In this document: positions 1 to 14,656 of the stretch, piece after piece | Layout: every line of letters starts with the position of its first letter | How positions within the stretch are numbered: position 1 is the first letter of the stretch | Assembly (NCBI RefSeq): GCF_006345805.1 | Contig: NC_043000.1 | Location: 52,452,001 to 52,516,000, forward strand | Direction of reading: 5' to 3' | DNA from: Octopus sinensis | Taxonomy: Eukaryota | Length of the DNA: 64,000 nt | Notes under the pieces: model-generated | Told to the model about the DNA's origin: nothing | What the model saw: only the letters and a program-made list of their open reading frames with translations | The model's database searches: none | Position numbers and translations under genes: made by a program

Positions 1-711
1 TTGACTCATCGCCTCCTCCAAAATGGCTGCCTTTGTGGCACAATTTGAAACCATTATTATTATTTTCATATACACACTATAGATTAGACTGCTGCAAAAG
101 TAAAATTCCTAACATCGGGCTACAACAAGCAGACTTAGATGCCAAGAACCTCCTAAGTATTCTGGTTTGGGAGACCCTTTCTGCCCTTGGAACTTGCCAC
201 CTGAAGATAATAAACCAAGAGAGCTACAGAGAGGTACTTAGAAGTAGACTAATGCCACAAGTACGGGAATAGTATGGAGACAGGTCTTGGATATTCTAAC
301 AGGACTCGGCATCATGCCATACATTAAAATCGGTATAGACATGGCTCGCCGAAAATGCCGTTAACGTACATTCATGGCCTGGAAATTCACATGGTATGAG
401 TCCAATTGACAGCCTATAGTCTCTGTTGAAATATGAAATACATCAATCCTCTATCACAACCAAATGCTTCCTTATTGAGCACCTTATATACGTTTGGTTC
501 CATTCGGACAGAATCAAGGATTTGTGCAGAATACTAGTTCATGGCATGCTTTGACGTGTAGAAGCCCTTAATTCTGCTATAGGAGGACAAACTGACTACT
601 GTAATACTGGTTCTGCATAAATAATAGGAAATACATAAATGTACTAAATTTTACCCCTATATATCGAAATATCAAAACTTTCAAAAATCCATAATAATGA
701 TTCCAGTACTG
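1..711 (+). mobile_element. Decayed Tc1-family DNA transposon, 3' part (runs off the window start)
   Basis: One frame from ~150 to 602 reads ILVWETLSALG...YREVLRSRLMPQVRE*YGDRSWIF*QDSASCHT...WPGNSHGMSPIDSL*...ML*RVEALNSAIGGQTDY. This matches the Tc1 DDE motifs FQQDNAPCH, WPxNSPDLNPIE and GGxTxY but has 5 in-frame stops. The right end ...CCAGTACTG (711) is followed by TA, as expected for a Tc1 CAGT terminus and TA target duplication. Confidence 0.85.
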
Positions 712-762
712 TATATATAAATATATATTGAAAAATAAAAAGATTATATTGTGAATAATATA

Positions 763-844
763 GAAGATATTTGGCAATTGCCAAAAAGACCCCAAACACT
801 GACATACTTTCTCTGTCTCTCACACAGACACACACGTATGTGTA

Positions 845-887
<43 letters not shown>

Positions 888-922
888 GTATATATATATA
901 TATGTATATATATATATGTATA

Positions 923-969
<47 letters not shown>

Positions 970-1016
970 GTATGTATGTATATCTATCTATCTATATATC
1001 TATCTATCTATCTACG

Positions 1017-1048
<32 letters not shown>

Positions 1049-1226
1049 CGTGTGTGTGTGAGAGAGAGAGAAAGTATGCGTGTGTGTCTCCTCTCCACCG
1101 CCTCACAATCGCTGCTTCTTTGTTTACGTCTTCTGTAACTTAGCGGTTCGGCAATAGAAATATTTGAGATTTAAAATATGCTTGGGGTCTTTGAAAATGG
1201 TTTGTAAGCAATTGCCAAATATCTTC
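763..1226. repeat. Imperfect inverted repeat around a (TA)n tract (fold-back/MITE-like)
   Basis: GAAGATATTTGGCAATTGC (763-781) is the exact reverse complement of 1208-1226. AAAGACCCCAA (~785-795) pairs with 1182-1192, and ~804-845 pairs with ~1040-1078. Confidence 0.6.
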
Positions 1227-3670
1227 CAATTCTTTTTATTTTTCAAACAAAAGTATCTTTGATTGTGTGCCAAATACATCTTCCTTATTAAAACTTATCA
1301 AATGTATTGGTAAAAGTCTGAAACTAGTTTATGAACATCTTTTGTAACTGGTTCTCTTCCTGCATTTTGTTGACCAGCTGTTTTTGTCATAGTGTTTTGA
1401 TCTTTTCTTTAATTTTAGATGACCATCTCAAGCACTTAATATCCACTTTTGTTGCTGCTATAAGAAAGTCTAAGATCTAATTAATAACATTTCTAATTCC
1501 TGTAGGTTGTAAACACGGAAAGGTATCATTTATTATCTAAAGATTTTCGAAAATATCTTTTTAAATATTACTCAAAATTATTTTCTTTTGATACTTCCAA
1601 ATATCAGGCGGTGCAAAAATGACTTTGAGTTAGCTTCTTATATTTTCTTATGATCATGCAAATTATTTCACATATCTCATTTTTCAACAAACACTGGTGA
1701 ATCTACTTTACCAATGTGGTTGTTTCTTATCCTTATTATTTATCTCATGTTTAACTGACTGCATATTCTGTATGCATACAATCCATTATATTTGACATTT
1801 CTTTGTTATACGACATCATATATGCTCGAAAAGCATTTTGAAACTGTTATTTGTATTCAAAGAAATGCCTAGGAGATAAGCTTCGATGGCATTATTATAT
1901 CTGATGAAACATGTTCCTTTTATGTGCCATTGAAAGTTAAAAGTAATATTTTCGAGTGTTATGTTGAATGCATTACACGTTGAAGTAACATGCATATGCT
2001 CCTACTTAATCCACTACTTTCGCAGCCGAGTTCCGTTTCTCTGACAAAGCAATGAAATATCAACATGGTATTTGCTATAATAATTATATGCATGACTAGA
2101 TTATCGATTTATACATTGATGTTTGTGTTGTATTCGAGTTTCTGTCTCACTAGTTTAATAATATTAAAACATTCGTCGAAATTTCCTCCAAAATGTGTGT
2201 CCATTGCTCTGTAAACCGTACAATGTTTGTGTGCTTGTAAATTAAAAATAACGGATAAAATTATTTTAATCAGACGCAGACGAGCCCTCTGTACCCTGAT
2301 TTTATCTTCAAGAATTTGGGATTAGAATTGAAAGAAAAATGGTTTAGAATCGACAACATTTGGAAATATACAACCTTAACTATTTCTTTAATACACACAT
2401 CAAGATTATTTATTGTTATGCAAATAGATTATTAATCAAATGAAATATTATTGTGAAATAGATATCATGTGACGTGGAGAGTTACAAAGTTGAATAAAAT
2501 ATAAGTTAAATTCTATAAGAAAACATTAACTTAATTTGTATCTGTCTGCGTTTCTATCCTGATTTATTTATTTTTAAATTCCACCTGATTATTTTTTTCT
2601 TTTTAGATATTTATAAAAGCTTATCTGCTGCCTTGGGTCCACATATCCACATATGTACTGTGTCCCTGGTCATCTGTTTATCAATTCCAAACATATTATA
2701 AAGAGCTATAATGTATTTCTCAAAAAAATGTTGACATACTGAATATTTTCAAATAAATGGCTTGTTTTTACTGTGTCCAATCAATTCCCGATAGAACATT
2801 TTTGAATCTGGTTGAAATATTTTATTACGCTGTTATAGCATTCCTCAGAAATGAATTTTAACAATATTGCTAATAAAATTTGCTTGAAGATTTGTATCAC
2901 ATCTATTGTTTAATTTATTTTAATCACGTCGTTTCGTCCTTATTTTATACTTGCTTCGTATTTGAAAACCACGTTGGCGAGTGTACACCTAGTTTTTAGT
3001 GTAACTATATAATTTACTTGGTATACTTTAACAAAAATACGCACCACAATTTGTTTTTATTCCCTAGAAAATTTTTTGGGGTTACTGAATAATGTAAGTC
3101 TGTCAATAGATAATTATTGTTGATGCTGTTGATTGCAATATCGACGACGTGAGTTGTAAAATATAATGTTAGCGGTCTTTCAGTTTTACTTCAGAACAAG
3201 GTAGATAACTGCGACAGGTTAATTGCGGATAGCAAAATATGTCACTGTAATTAGGAACAGGAATAGAAGTTAATGACATTTTAGTATGTTCCCTTATATT
3301 TGCGAAATTCTTTCAGCGGGAAATTCTATTTGCAATATATCCGTATTTTATGAGCAGCCAACAATGTTGCACTCGTTTTCGTAATGCTGCAAATACTGGA
3401 GATAAGCAGGGATCTCAATGAAATGTACAATTTTATGACCTGGATGCTTCAATTCAATCTTCCTTTGATAAAATTTCTTCATTAGTAGTAGCAATTTTGC
3501 TATAATCGTTTTCAAATATTATCTGTTCCCATTCACATATCTTATGTTCGTTGAATGGGAAAATATCGTAGCATTGGCTCTTGATATATATTATTAATAG
3601 GGGATACATAATCGGGTATCTACGGATTGCAATGCGTTCAAACTCGAATAAATTTCAAATGATCTTCAAT

Positions 3671-3831
3671 AGGCGCAGGAGTAGATGTGTGGTAAGTAGC
3701 TTGCTTAATAACCACATGGTTCCGGGATCATTCCCACTGCGTGGCTCCTTGGGAAAGCGTCTTTTACTATAGCCTCGGGCCGACCAAAGTCTTCAGAGTG
3801 GATTTGGTTGATGGAAACTGAAAGCCCGTCG

Positions 3832-3898
<67 letters not shown>

Positions 3899-4111
3899 CT
3901 ATGTGTGTATATGTTTGTGCGTCTTTGTTTCCCCCATCATCGATTGACAACCGATGGTGGTGTCTTTACGTCCGCCTAACTTAGCAGTTCGGCAAAAGAG
4001 ACCGATAGAATAAGTTCTAGGCTTACAATGAATAAGTCCTGGGGTCGATTCGCTCGACTAAAGTCGGTGCTCCAGCATGGCCGCAGTCAAATGACTGAAA
4101 CAGGTAAAAGA
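3671..4111 (+). mobile_element. tRNA-derived SINE, family A (octopus OK/OR-like), near full length
   Basis: Head AGGCGCAGGAGTAGATGTGTGG...GGATCATTCCC has degenerate Pol III A/B boxes, followed by an internal (TA)n(TG)n tract and the tail GGTGCTCCAGCATGGCCGCAGTCAAATGACTGAAAC. Homologous to 18765-19080, 21615-21779, 46569-46962 and 55095-55236. Confidence 0.85.
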
Positions 4112-5394
4112 GTAATATTCTTAGCGAGAAATGGTTACTATTTCACGAAAATGAAAAAAAAAAAACAAAAAAAAACTCTGAAAATGCTTAATACACTTAC
4201 TTGGTTAGTTAACTGGAGTGAACTGAGTATTTAATTCTGCTAATGAACAATCGCACAATTAATATTGAATGAACTGCAGCGAATTGGATTCGAGGCAGGG
4301 AAAACTAGCGTCAAACGCACCGTGACAGAATATATTAAAGAAACAGTTATTTGATTTACGCTGAAAACGCACGGTGAAGGAGTGTTAATAGATAATATAG
4401 ATATGCATATATCGTTGCAGAGTCTCTGAAAAATAATTTCTGATAATATTTGTTTAATGTAGGATAGCTTAGAATATGACAGACTAATATTTTTTGTTGT
4501 TGTTGTGTGCCCCATGTCAATTACAATTGAATATTCTTATAATCTAAGATTTTCCAGTCAGGACTAATGTATATTTTCATATATCTAGTGCTACACCATT
4601 TAACGCCCCCTTTCTTTTTAAGGTAGTTCTGTGTGATTTGAAAGAATTTGGTTGCATTTCTAGCACTTTGAATATCTTCGCTTCAACAGAATCTATCTTA
4701 GCTGAATACAATTCAAAGCACGGCAATTATTACTATCAAATACGTTCAATTAGACACATAATTGGTTTATTCAAAGGGAACATGGTCATTTCAAATGTGG
4801 CAGCTTTCATTGTCGATGCTTTCAAATGATTTAAGTATGAAAATCATATATAGCAATATAAACTAAATGCGAAAAGAAAACTGTTTCGGTTCAATTAGAA
4901 GAAATATTTCATAGCCACTTAACTCTTATCTAAGCAGTTGAAGTACAGCAGACAAAGAAATGTTTAGGCAAGTCTAAATATCGTATATTATAATTACAGC
5001 GTATTAATGAACTCTTAGATTACATTGTTGTTAGTTATTGAAATGTTATTTTAAAGTTTTCGCAGCTATTATTATGTCAAACAATATATACATATATAAT
5101 TTGTACGAAACATCTCACGTGACGTTGCCCAATTTACGTCTTTATGTCAGAAATAATATAGCCTTCAATCATCTACTGTTTATTACTAATTTATCTCGTG
5201 CTGTGGGTACAGGTAGGTTCTGGCGGACAGTTAAATGTGTCAGTGATGTTCTGAATACTGATGAATCCGTGTTGAGATATCCCCCATCTTAACTCCTCGT
5301 TTATCCCAAATTCTGAATTAAGTCGCATGGCCAGCCACACTGAAAACATTAGATTCGTCGATACCATCGGCCACAGTATTCAACTAGTAATTTA

Positions 5395-5658
5395 TTCTAT
5401 CAATCCTGTAAAGATGAAAGGTATAGTTGACCCCGTCAGGATTTGAACTCAGAGCGTAAAGAGCCGAAAACTGAATTCAAATTTTGGAACAAGGCATTGA
5501 GTAGGGGTACGTCAATTACATCAACCATATTGTTCAACTAGTACATCTTGAAAGGCTGAAAAGCAAAGTCGACTCGACGTAATTTGAATTCAGAACGTAA
5601 AGACAGACTAAGTATTTTGCCTGGCATGTTAATGATTCTGCTACCAGCACGCCGCCTT
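5395..5658 (-). mobile_element. Two decayed fragments of tRNA-derived SINE family B
   Basis: Reverse complement resembles 6726-6960 (GATGAAAGG...GGATTTGAACTCAGAGCGTAAAGA; AATTTGAATTCAGAACGTAAAGAC...CGCCGCCTT). Confidence 0.65.
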
Positions 5659-6725
5659 AGATGTAAGAAATATTTAGGAGTAGTGTACCATACATTATAT
5701 GTACATTACTCTTACTGAGTGCAGCTATGCTAAACGATCCTATTTCACCGACACCTTTTAAATATAAATCTGTTTAATTTCGCACAATAAAGGCGTGAAC
5801 AAGAGGAATTGTTGAAGTCTTGTCAAGAATGTATTGTAGAATTCAATCCTGACTCTGTACTCTCTCTGTCTCTCTTTCTCTCTCTCTTTAGAAAGTCGTC
5901 GAGACAGCTTACTTTGTCACTGTTTCTTACTCTGGATTGTAACTGTCATTCAAACGTGCATTCTTGTCCCATTGTGCCACGATGATTCATTAGCTAAAAT
6001 ATATTATGAAGTGATGTGCCTCTGTAATACGTATACACTTACCTGTTATTTGCACGAGTAGGTATCCATTTAATCGAAGAAATTGTTACTCCTCTTCGAG
6101 GCTGACGGAGTATACATCAATATCACGTATAATATTTCAGAGATACTAAGAAATAACTGTCAGAAAAAAAAATGCAATTTCTTCGGTTATCTGGTTTTTC
6201 TTTTGAATTTATTATTGTGAGTCAACTTTATCTGCGCGCAAAGACTATATGCTCAAGGCGTAGCAACAGATTCTCATCGAATATCAAATTCAATTTTGTA
6301 TAAACATCATTTGAAGATTTCTTAAGGAAACCAAGCAGAAAATATATATAAATTGTATTTAAACTCACTAATATTTTGTCGATGAATATATAACTGAAAC
6401 ACCAGTATTAAATGGGGATATTTATCATGCAAAGAAATCATGTACAGTATTCACGGAAAATTGATTCTACTTAAGGTAAGTTTAAATGATTGGAATGATT
6501 GAGTAATTTTAACAGATCATTAAATCCTCATCATGGATGATAGACGTAGTTTTACTGTCATCGATATCGGGATGTTTAGCTAATTCTGTAAATGTTATAA
6601 ACTAATAAATTCTTTGCAAAACTATCCTTAAAAATAAATTTCAAATGCAATATCTCTCATGTTGAAAAAAGCAAGTTATTGACTTATATTCAGATTAAGT
6701 CCGTTTAATATATATTATAATATTG

Positions 6726-6960
6726 AGGCAGCGAGCTGGCAGAATCGTTAGCACTCCGGGAGAAATGCCTAGCGTTTTTTTTCGTCTGCCGTTACGTTCT
6801 GAGATCAAATTGCGCCAAGGTTGACTCAGCCTTTCATCCTTTCAGGGTCAATTAAATAAGTACCAGTTACGCACCGGGGTCTATGTAATCGACTTAATCC
6901 CTTTGTCTGTCCCCGTTTGTCCCCTCTGTGTTTAAACCCATGTGGGCAATAAAGATATAA
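6726..6960 (+). mobile_element. tRNA-derived SINE, family B, full length
   Basis: AGGCAGCGAGCTGGCAGAATCGTTAGC head, B-box-like GAGATCAAATTGC, tail GTCCCCTCTGTGTTTAAACCCATGTGGGCAATAAAG. Homologous to 30575-30805 (reverse complement). Confidence 0.88.
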
Positions 6961-8614
6961 ATATACATTATAATATTAATAACACATAATATATCCGAGT
7001 CGTTAAGCACGTCTATCTGCAGTATTACGCCTGGCAGAATTACTTCTAAATACGCAAACACAAAATTTGAATTTTGTTCTACCCATGCGGCGTTATTACT
7101 CATCGGCCAGTTCCAACACTTAATAGCATTGCAATAAATCCAGTTGATGATATAAGCTTGTTTGCATGTGCAAAACCAGCTAGAATGTCCCTTCACAGCA
7201 GCGTACATTTAGATTAAATTTAAAAAATACATGCATTTTACAGATAGAGCATCACTTAATTAGTTTCAACAACTGTTTTAGTAAGAATGAACATTGTTAA
7301 ACCTGAATGTGCGTAATAATTATTCTCTATAAATTTGATATAAATAAATTTGAAATATTTAAGCTATGTTTATCTCAATTGGCAGGAATAATACCGGCTA
7401 TACTACCCTAAATTTGTTGCTGGTTTAAATATTTAAACCAATTTCTCCAAGACGAAACCAGTGACATAATTACCATGTTGCCAAGATTAGGTTATATTCA
7501 ACATAGTCTATATAATTTTGTGAACCCTAGTATTATATTTCTTTAAATGATGTATAAGTTCAAAATAATCTTCTTGTGTGAAGTTTTATTTCAGGTTTTC
7601 TAAAATTAAATCGGTGTTTATTAAATCTTATTTTAGAAGGATTCCTATTAAACAAATATAAGCTTTAGAATAGTCAGTGAATGTTTGTATTGGAAAATAC
7701 CTACATACATGCATATATACATTTATATATACATACATGCACACACACACATACACACACGCAGATGTGGAAAGATTATTATTCCAATTAAATAACTTTA
7801 AACATTTATATACCTAGGAACACTACTAGGGATTCTTGAAGGCACATTGAAAGTGCTGAGAGCATTGAAAGAAATAATTCTATGCTTTCTTTTAATTGCT
7901 TCAGTCTGGAACATCGACTCGAAGGGTTTTAGTCTGATAGACATTCTACCGCTTTCTTTCCAAAATGTAAAGCAGATAACCATCGTTGTCAAAAGGTGGA
8001 GATCAAATAAACATACACACACACACGCATGCACGTACATACATGCATATATACGTATACATATATTCACGCACATACTTATACACTACACAATACACTT
8101 TATTTACATGTAATTGTAAGATCCAATGATCTAAGTGTATTAACTTAGACAAGCGTCGAGCAGTCCGTGTTTGTATAAAAACAATGTCTAGGAAAAGTAG
8201 TAATTTATTGGTGTCGAAAACTGTAGTCTATTCCCATACCGAATTTCAATTAGCTGTATTTTGTGTTACTCACAGTTAGCATTTAGAATTTCAAAGAATG
8301 CGAATAAAAATCCAAATAAGTGAGTGGAACAGATAAAATCCAGCTTACATATGTTTCATAATTAGTAGGTTCTCTGATGTTATAATTAGTCAACGAAGAA
8401 AGAGTATTCAGCTAGCTACTCAGTGGGACTAAGAAAACTTAATTATATAAAGGTTACATTCTCACCGAAGATGTAATTTGAAATTCGGCTTGATGAGCAT
8501 CTAGATAAGTACCACACATTAAGTAATTATTGCACAGGAGAACCTGTTATCTAGAAAACATATGTAGACTGGATTTTACCTGTTCCATTCCATCACTTTG
8601 GGCATATATATATG

Positions 8615-8668
<54 letters not shown>

Positions 8669-8674
8669 TATATA

Positions 8675-8721
<47 letters not shown>

Positions 8722-9703
8722 TTTATATATATATACACATATATATATATAAAATTACGAATTAATAGTAGTTCTAATAATGTAAACGTTACTTTCAAAC
8801 GGCTATTTGCTACGGCACAGTGTCTAGTGAAAGCTGCCTACACGACACCGAGCTTTAAAGAACACCGGGAGTCCCAGGGTGGGAGAGGAACCTTGCCCCT
8901 AAATGATGGATAATGGTAGATACCAATACTTCACGTTATTGTGGATATCAATATCATTAGTTGGTTCAGCTCGAAATGGAATGAATCACTGGTCTAGGAT
9001 ATACATACATAATGTGAAATGTATTTGCTGATGTGCTGCAGCGTAGCACACATGAAGGAAAAATTAATTATGAATTGAAAGGGGTTCTAGTAATGTAAGT
9101 ATAATCATTCGTACATACATGGTGCATGTGTTTTTTTAAACGACGGGATAGGGCAAGGGAGAGCTCCCTACACAACGCCGTGTGTTAAAGAACCTCAAGC
9201 GACTCAGACCAGGCGAGACAACTCGTCTCGAACTGATCGACAACGATAGATACAAACATCTCACCATTATTGTTGCTTATCGATGCTATGCATTCGAATA
9301 ACATAGAAACAAAACGAATCGATGGTCTGGTAACTGATATTCTTTAACACGTATAATGGCGTAGGAAGCTTTTCCAGGAAGACATCTCGCTGCAAATTGG
9401 AATTTAAATAAAATAAGTGCATTGTTTATGTGCAACTGATAATATTTACAACACTAGAGCTGCTTTTGATTCGTAATTTGATTTTCTTTCCCATGTGCTA
9501 CGCCGCAGAACATCTTGAAGTACATTTCTCTCTTTCTGCACATAGAACTTTTTTTGCATATACCATAGACGAAAACTCAAGTACTACACGACGACAAGTA
9601 GTGAGACTAAACATGAAACACGTGATTCCTGAGTGAGTTTCTTAACCACATATCTATGCTTGTGTCTATGTATGTATGCATGTATGTATGCATATAAATA
9701 TAC

Positions 9704-9761
<58 letters not shown>

Positions 9762-9793
9762 TATATATATATAATGTATGTATGTATGTATAA

Positions 9794-9834
<41 letters not shown>

Positions 9835-9853
9835 GTGTGTGTGTGTGTATGTA

Positions 9854-11050
9854 TCTAAATATACTACATATGTGGAAAATCGGTGCGTGTTTGTTCGTGG
9901 CTTTGTTAGCTAACTCTTCCTATATCGTTCTATTGATTTTGAAGAAACTTCACACGTGAGTAGAACTCATGTCGGGAAATCTCGTGACTTAGATTGTTAA
10001 AAAATCGATAATACGGCCCATGGAAGGGATCTTTATATCTACCTCATATAACTACTTTTCAACTCCCAAGGGAAATAAATCATACCTCTTGAACAATAAT
10101 TTTTAAACAGTCAAGGGAAATAACCCATAGCACAGAACCTACAGTTGTTAGTTTTTACCGAAGCGATCAATATTTGATTCTCACGATCAGCCGACCTAAT
10201 TCTGCATTTCACTACTCACAGTTTTCAACTGCTAAACCTTATTATTGCACATTCTTCATGCATGTACACTTTCAATGCCCGTACCTCCGATAATTCTGCA
10301 TTTTTTCCAGTTAAAATTCTTCGATAGTAGTGTATAAATTTTTAATTCCAGAAGGTATTTAATAAGTGTGTCTCAATACAATGAACTCATACTTTGAATG
10401 CTTAAAATTCTTTAAAAAATGAAACCAAACGTCCAGATCGCTTTCAGTTGGGTCACCCTGTATCACTTATAATTATTTTACAAATCATAATAGTTACTCT
10501 TTATTTACAGTTCATACAAAATTTTCAAGAAACTAATTGAGCCATCGAATTTAGAAATATTTTACAGGTTTCATTTGTTATGCTCTATTACTTTCAATAT
10601 TAATTATTTGTGTGTCCAATTTCTAATTTTTTCAGACAATATCACTTTTTACTTTATTTGACACGTGAGTATAACTCATGTCTGGAAACCTCGTAACATA
10701 CTTAGGTTGTTGAACAGAATCGATTACCCCCCACCATGGATCCTGCAATCTACTATATATTATTAATATTTTTATTTAAACAACTGAAGGGAAATAACCC
10801 ATATCACCTACAGTTTTTAGCGATGCGATCAATATTTCCTTCTCACGATCAGCCGACCTAATTCTGCATTTCGCTACTCAGTTTTGATCTGCTAAACATT
10901 ATTATTGTACTTCCTTTATTTGAATCTTAAATCTTAAATAATTCATTCATACATTTCTATAAATAAGTACTTTTTTGAATGCCCATTACTTTGATAATTC
11001 TGCATTATTACAGTTACACTTTTTCCATGAGAGTAGATAAATTTTTTTAT
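9854..11050 (+). mobile_element. Possible non-autonomous Helitron-like element with a diverged internal duplication
   Basis: Starts A|TC after a microsatellite, with a TGTTTGTT...GATTTTGAAGAAACTT stretch reminiscent of Helitron 5' ends. Segments ~9952-10342 and ~10661-11047 are diverged direct repeats that share TCTCACGATCAGCCGACCTAATTCTGCATTTC exactly. No convincing 3' hairpin-CTAG was found. Confidence 0.35.
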
Positions 11051-11504
11051 TCCACAACGTATTTGTGGTGGCTTCATGCAGGCATAGCGTGGATTCGATC
11101 CTCGATTGCCAGGTTTCACTTACTATTTCAACAGCGCTTTTCTCACGGTGAAACTATAGTTATTCTGTGAATGACAAGTTATACATTTCCCAGATACCTT
11201 CGTTAATCAGAATAATGTCTTTGCCACTTGACCCTTCTAACCTCTTCTGGGCTGTTCCATTGATGCAATATTCCTCGTGTAGTATGACGGAACCACCTTA
11301 AGAACCGCTATTAATCCTAAATATAAAAATTATTGAAATTTAGTCCAATGAATATCCATATATAAAAGACATGTATTTATATAATATTAGGTACTATCTC
11401 AAAAGAAAACAATATAGAGAAAAAATGTCAAAAATGATTCCCTTTAACTATAAAGACACAAAAGCGCGGAAGCAAAAATATTTCAGCAATTAGTTAACTT
11501 GAAC

Positions 11505-11545
<41 letters not shown>

Positions 11546-12691
11546 TATATACATATACATATATATCTATACATATATTTATATGTATATATATATATAT
11601 ATATATATCTATATATATATATTATATATATATATGTATATATATATATATGTACTTATATATATTCATATGCATATATGTGTTTATATATATATTTATA
11701 TGTGTATATATATACATAATTATATATTAGCAACACTTTCAATAGTTCGATTAGACCTCACCATAATACAATCTATAGCATCATAATATCAATAATATTA
11801 ATAATAGCACCGAATGACGGTGGTGTTGTGATTGTTGTTATTATAAATGAAGCTTATATTAGGATATATCAAATATATCGTTAGCCATTAGCCTTATCTG
11901 CCTACGCAGCTTCAGGGTAATTACGCCTGCACCTGTCAGTATAAGATAGCTTTAATAAAGAAGATTATGTTTAAAATCGAAACAAAATATAATTTTCTTT
12001 GACAAACACTACACATATATACAGAGAAGCACTCACAGAAACGCACGTTCCTATAAACATATACACGTATACCCGTACACATATACACACATATATGTGC
12101 ATATGCTGTAGTGTGTTTCTAGAGATATACTTATATGACAATTTCTCTAGAAGCATTTGCAATTTTACTTTCATTTTTTATTGGTTGATTGAATCTCCTT
12201 CCTTCCTCGGTCTAATACTATTATGCATTTTACTTCACGAAAATCACTTATCAATGGTAAATACTTCCTTGTGAACTCGTTGGCACTTACTACTAAAGTA
12301 ACATTATCATATTAACACTGTTTCTTTCATCAAGCTTTTTAAAAGATTTCTAAAATAATTTATTATATTATACTTCAGATCACATACAGACTTTTGCAAA
12401 TAGGCATCACACAAGCAGACTTCCAAATCCAGTAACATACATTCCTACTAATTTATAATACTATGTTCAGGTTGGTTTCTCTGTGTTCCTTGTACCATGA
12501 AACTCAGTCCAAATTGTCATACTCTCGATTGGTTAAGCAATAAACTGCACTTCGAGTCTACTTTATGAAGAGCCTGTTTGGACACACAGATCGATTGATA
12601 TTAAAAATTCTCTCGGGTCAAGAAATCTTTCATATCGTGCTTCAAGGAAGGTCAGGATACACATATTTGAACGGATGTGCGACCGTAACTG

Positions 12692-12728
<37 letters not shown>

Positions 12729-13240
12729 TTATGCGTGTGTGTAACATTAATTCATGCATTATTAAGTACAGTTGCAGCTACAACTACACCTAACACACTC
12801 ATGGTAAACGATTTATATTTCCTGACTACATGCAAAATATCTCCTTCCTATGTACCTAACTTCAAATGGATTACGAACGCAACAATTATATTGTCGCTGG
12901 CAGTATCCTGTTTCAAAAATAAATTTTCTAGCATTCCTGACGGATAGATGGGAATATACACTAGTACGCCCGGCTCTTAATACGAAAACAATTTCTAAGG
13001 TTAGTAGTATATTTCTTAACATGGAAAGCATTTTCCTGTTGTGACAGTAGCTACTATTACGGCATCAAAGTTATTATTACGAAGAAAGCCGTCTTGTACA
13101 ATTCCGGTTTATCTAGATTTCAAAGTAAGATGTTTTCGTAATTATGAGCATTTTAAGTCTAGGTAGAAGGCCAGCGATTTTTATGGAAGGGAATTAGTCA
13201 ATTTTGAATGAAGTATTAGGCTTGTATTACATTTTATAAA

Positions 13241-13282
13241 GTAATGAGAGATGACCAGCAACGTCGAAACCGGCGCTATTAC
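13241..13282 (+). ncRNA. Degenerate minimal hammerhead ribozyme-like motif
   Basis: GTAATGA-GAGATGA-CCAGCAACGTC-GAAA-CCGGCG-CTATTAC. GTAAT pairs with ATTAC and GAAACCGG is retained, but the core has 2 mismatches to CUGAUGA and the NUH site is lost. Confidence 0.35.
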
Positions 13283-14390
13283 AAATCAGAAAATAAAGAA
13301 CGAGCAAGAAAATATATCAAGCCAATTTTGTCAACGTTCTGACAGCGCACCGCCCCCTTTGAAAAAAAGAATCCCAAACATTTAGCGTGTTATGTAGTAT
13401 ATAGCAGACCTCAAAGTGATTAGCATAATTAACTATCATTTCTTCTCTATGCATATACTGTGTCAATGGCCTTACACAAATGCATTAGCCTTCGGATTTC
13501 TTTCATCATTTCAACAGTGCTGTGATTAACACATTCATCCATCGTTACATAAATTTAAAAGAATCTCCGCCAAAGAAACAATGTTTGAATGGCGATATAC
13601 TTAAATTTTCGTTGTTTCCTGCGTTCCATCTCTTCGGCAATTGCTTATTCTTGCTTTTGAAACACATCAGACTATCTATAATTACCATTCGTAATTCCCA
13701 GCAGCAATAATGCCGCATAGCTAAATTCGGTGCTTTTGTATATTCAGTATGCTGCCAAATATATGATCCATTAGGTAGATATTAATTTCCCCTATTTGTT
13801 TTGCTTAAGGGATGACGAGTGAGGTTTAGCAGAAATATATAAATGGGAATTAATACCGAAGTCCTCACAATGTTTTATGAACACATTTAGAAACGTTGTT
13901 TATAAGATATGTTAAGATGATCCAAAACAATTTACATTAATAACCTTGTAACAACAATATAATTCTTCATTCTCAAACCGCTTAGTTATTATGCAATAAC
14001 CTCATAAGTATTTAGTAGTAGAATATGATATTTATGGCCAAAGAAACACGTTTAGCGAATGAAAGAGCACCTTTGAATTTCTTCCAAAAACATGAAACTT
14101 CTCCCTCAAGTCGTGCATTTTACGTCTCCAATGAATGAGGAAATTTATAAGTCATAATTTCGAATGTGAATTATATTTATAAAGGCAGGAGTGTCCTTTT
14201 AATTAGGTGTTGATACTGCGCATGTTACACCAGGGTTGACTTAGTGACAAAGAACATAATTATACATAATTAATATGTATAATTACATATAATATATTGT
14301 TTATTGACTAATTTTTCTACACGCTAGGACACTGGTAGTAGAAATTTCTAAAATCTTTATTATCCTGATATTATTAATTATGTATATATG

Positions 14391-14444
<54 letters not shown>

Positions 14445-14452
14445 CATATATA

Positions 14453-14656
<204 letters not shown>

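Noticed and set aside
1230-3600. Microsatellite-free stretch with short protein-like minus-strand frames
   Set aside because: Multiple stops in all frames I examined and no diagnostic motif to assign a class.
8751-9482. Weak inverted similarity (AAATTACGAAT...CTA...TGTAAA) and a GAGAC/GTCTC hairpin at ~9216-9230 resembling HHR stem II
   Set aside because: Only ~70% identity over ~35 AT-rich bases, and the HHR core halves are absent.
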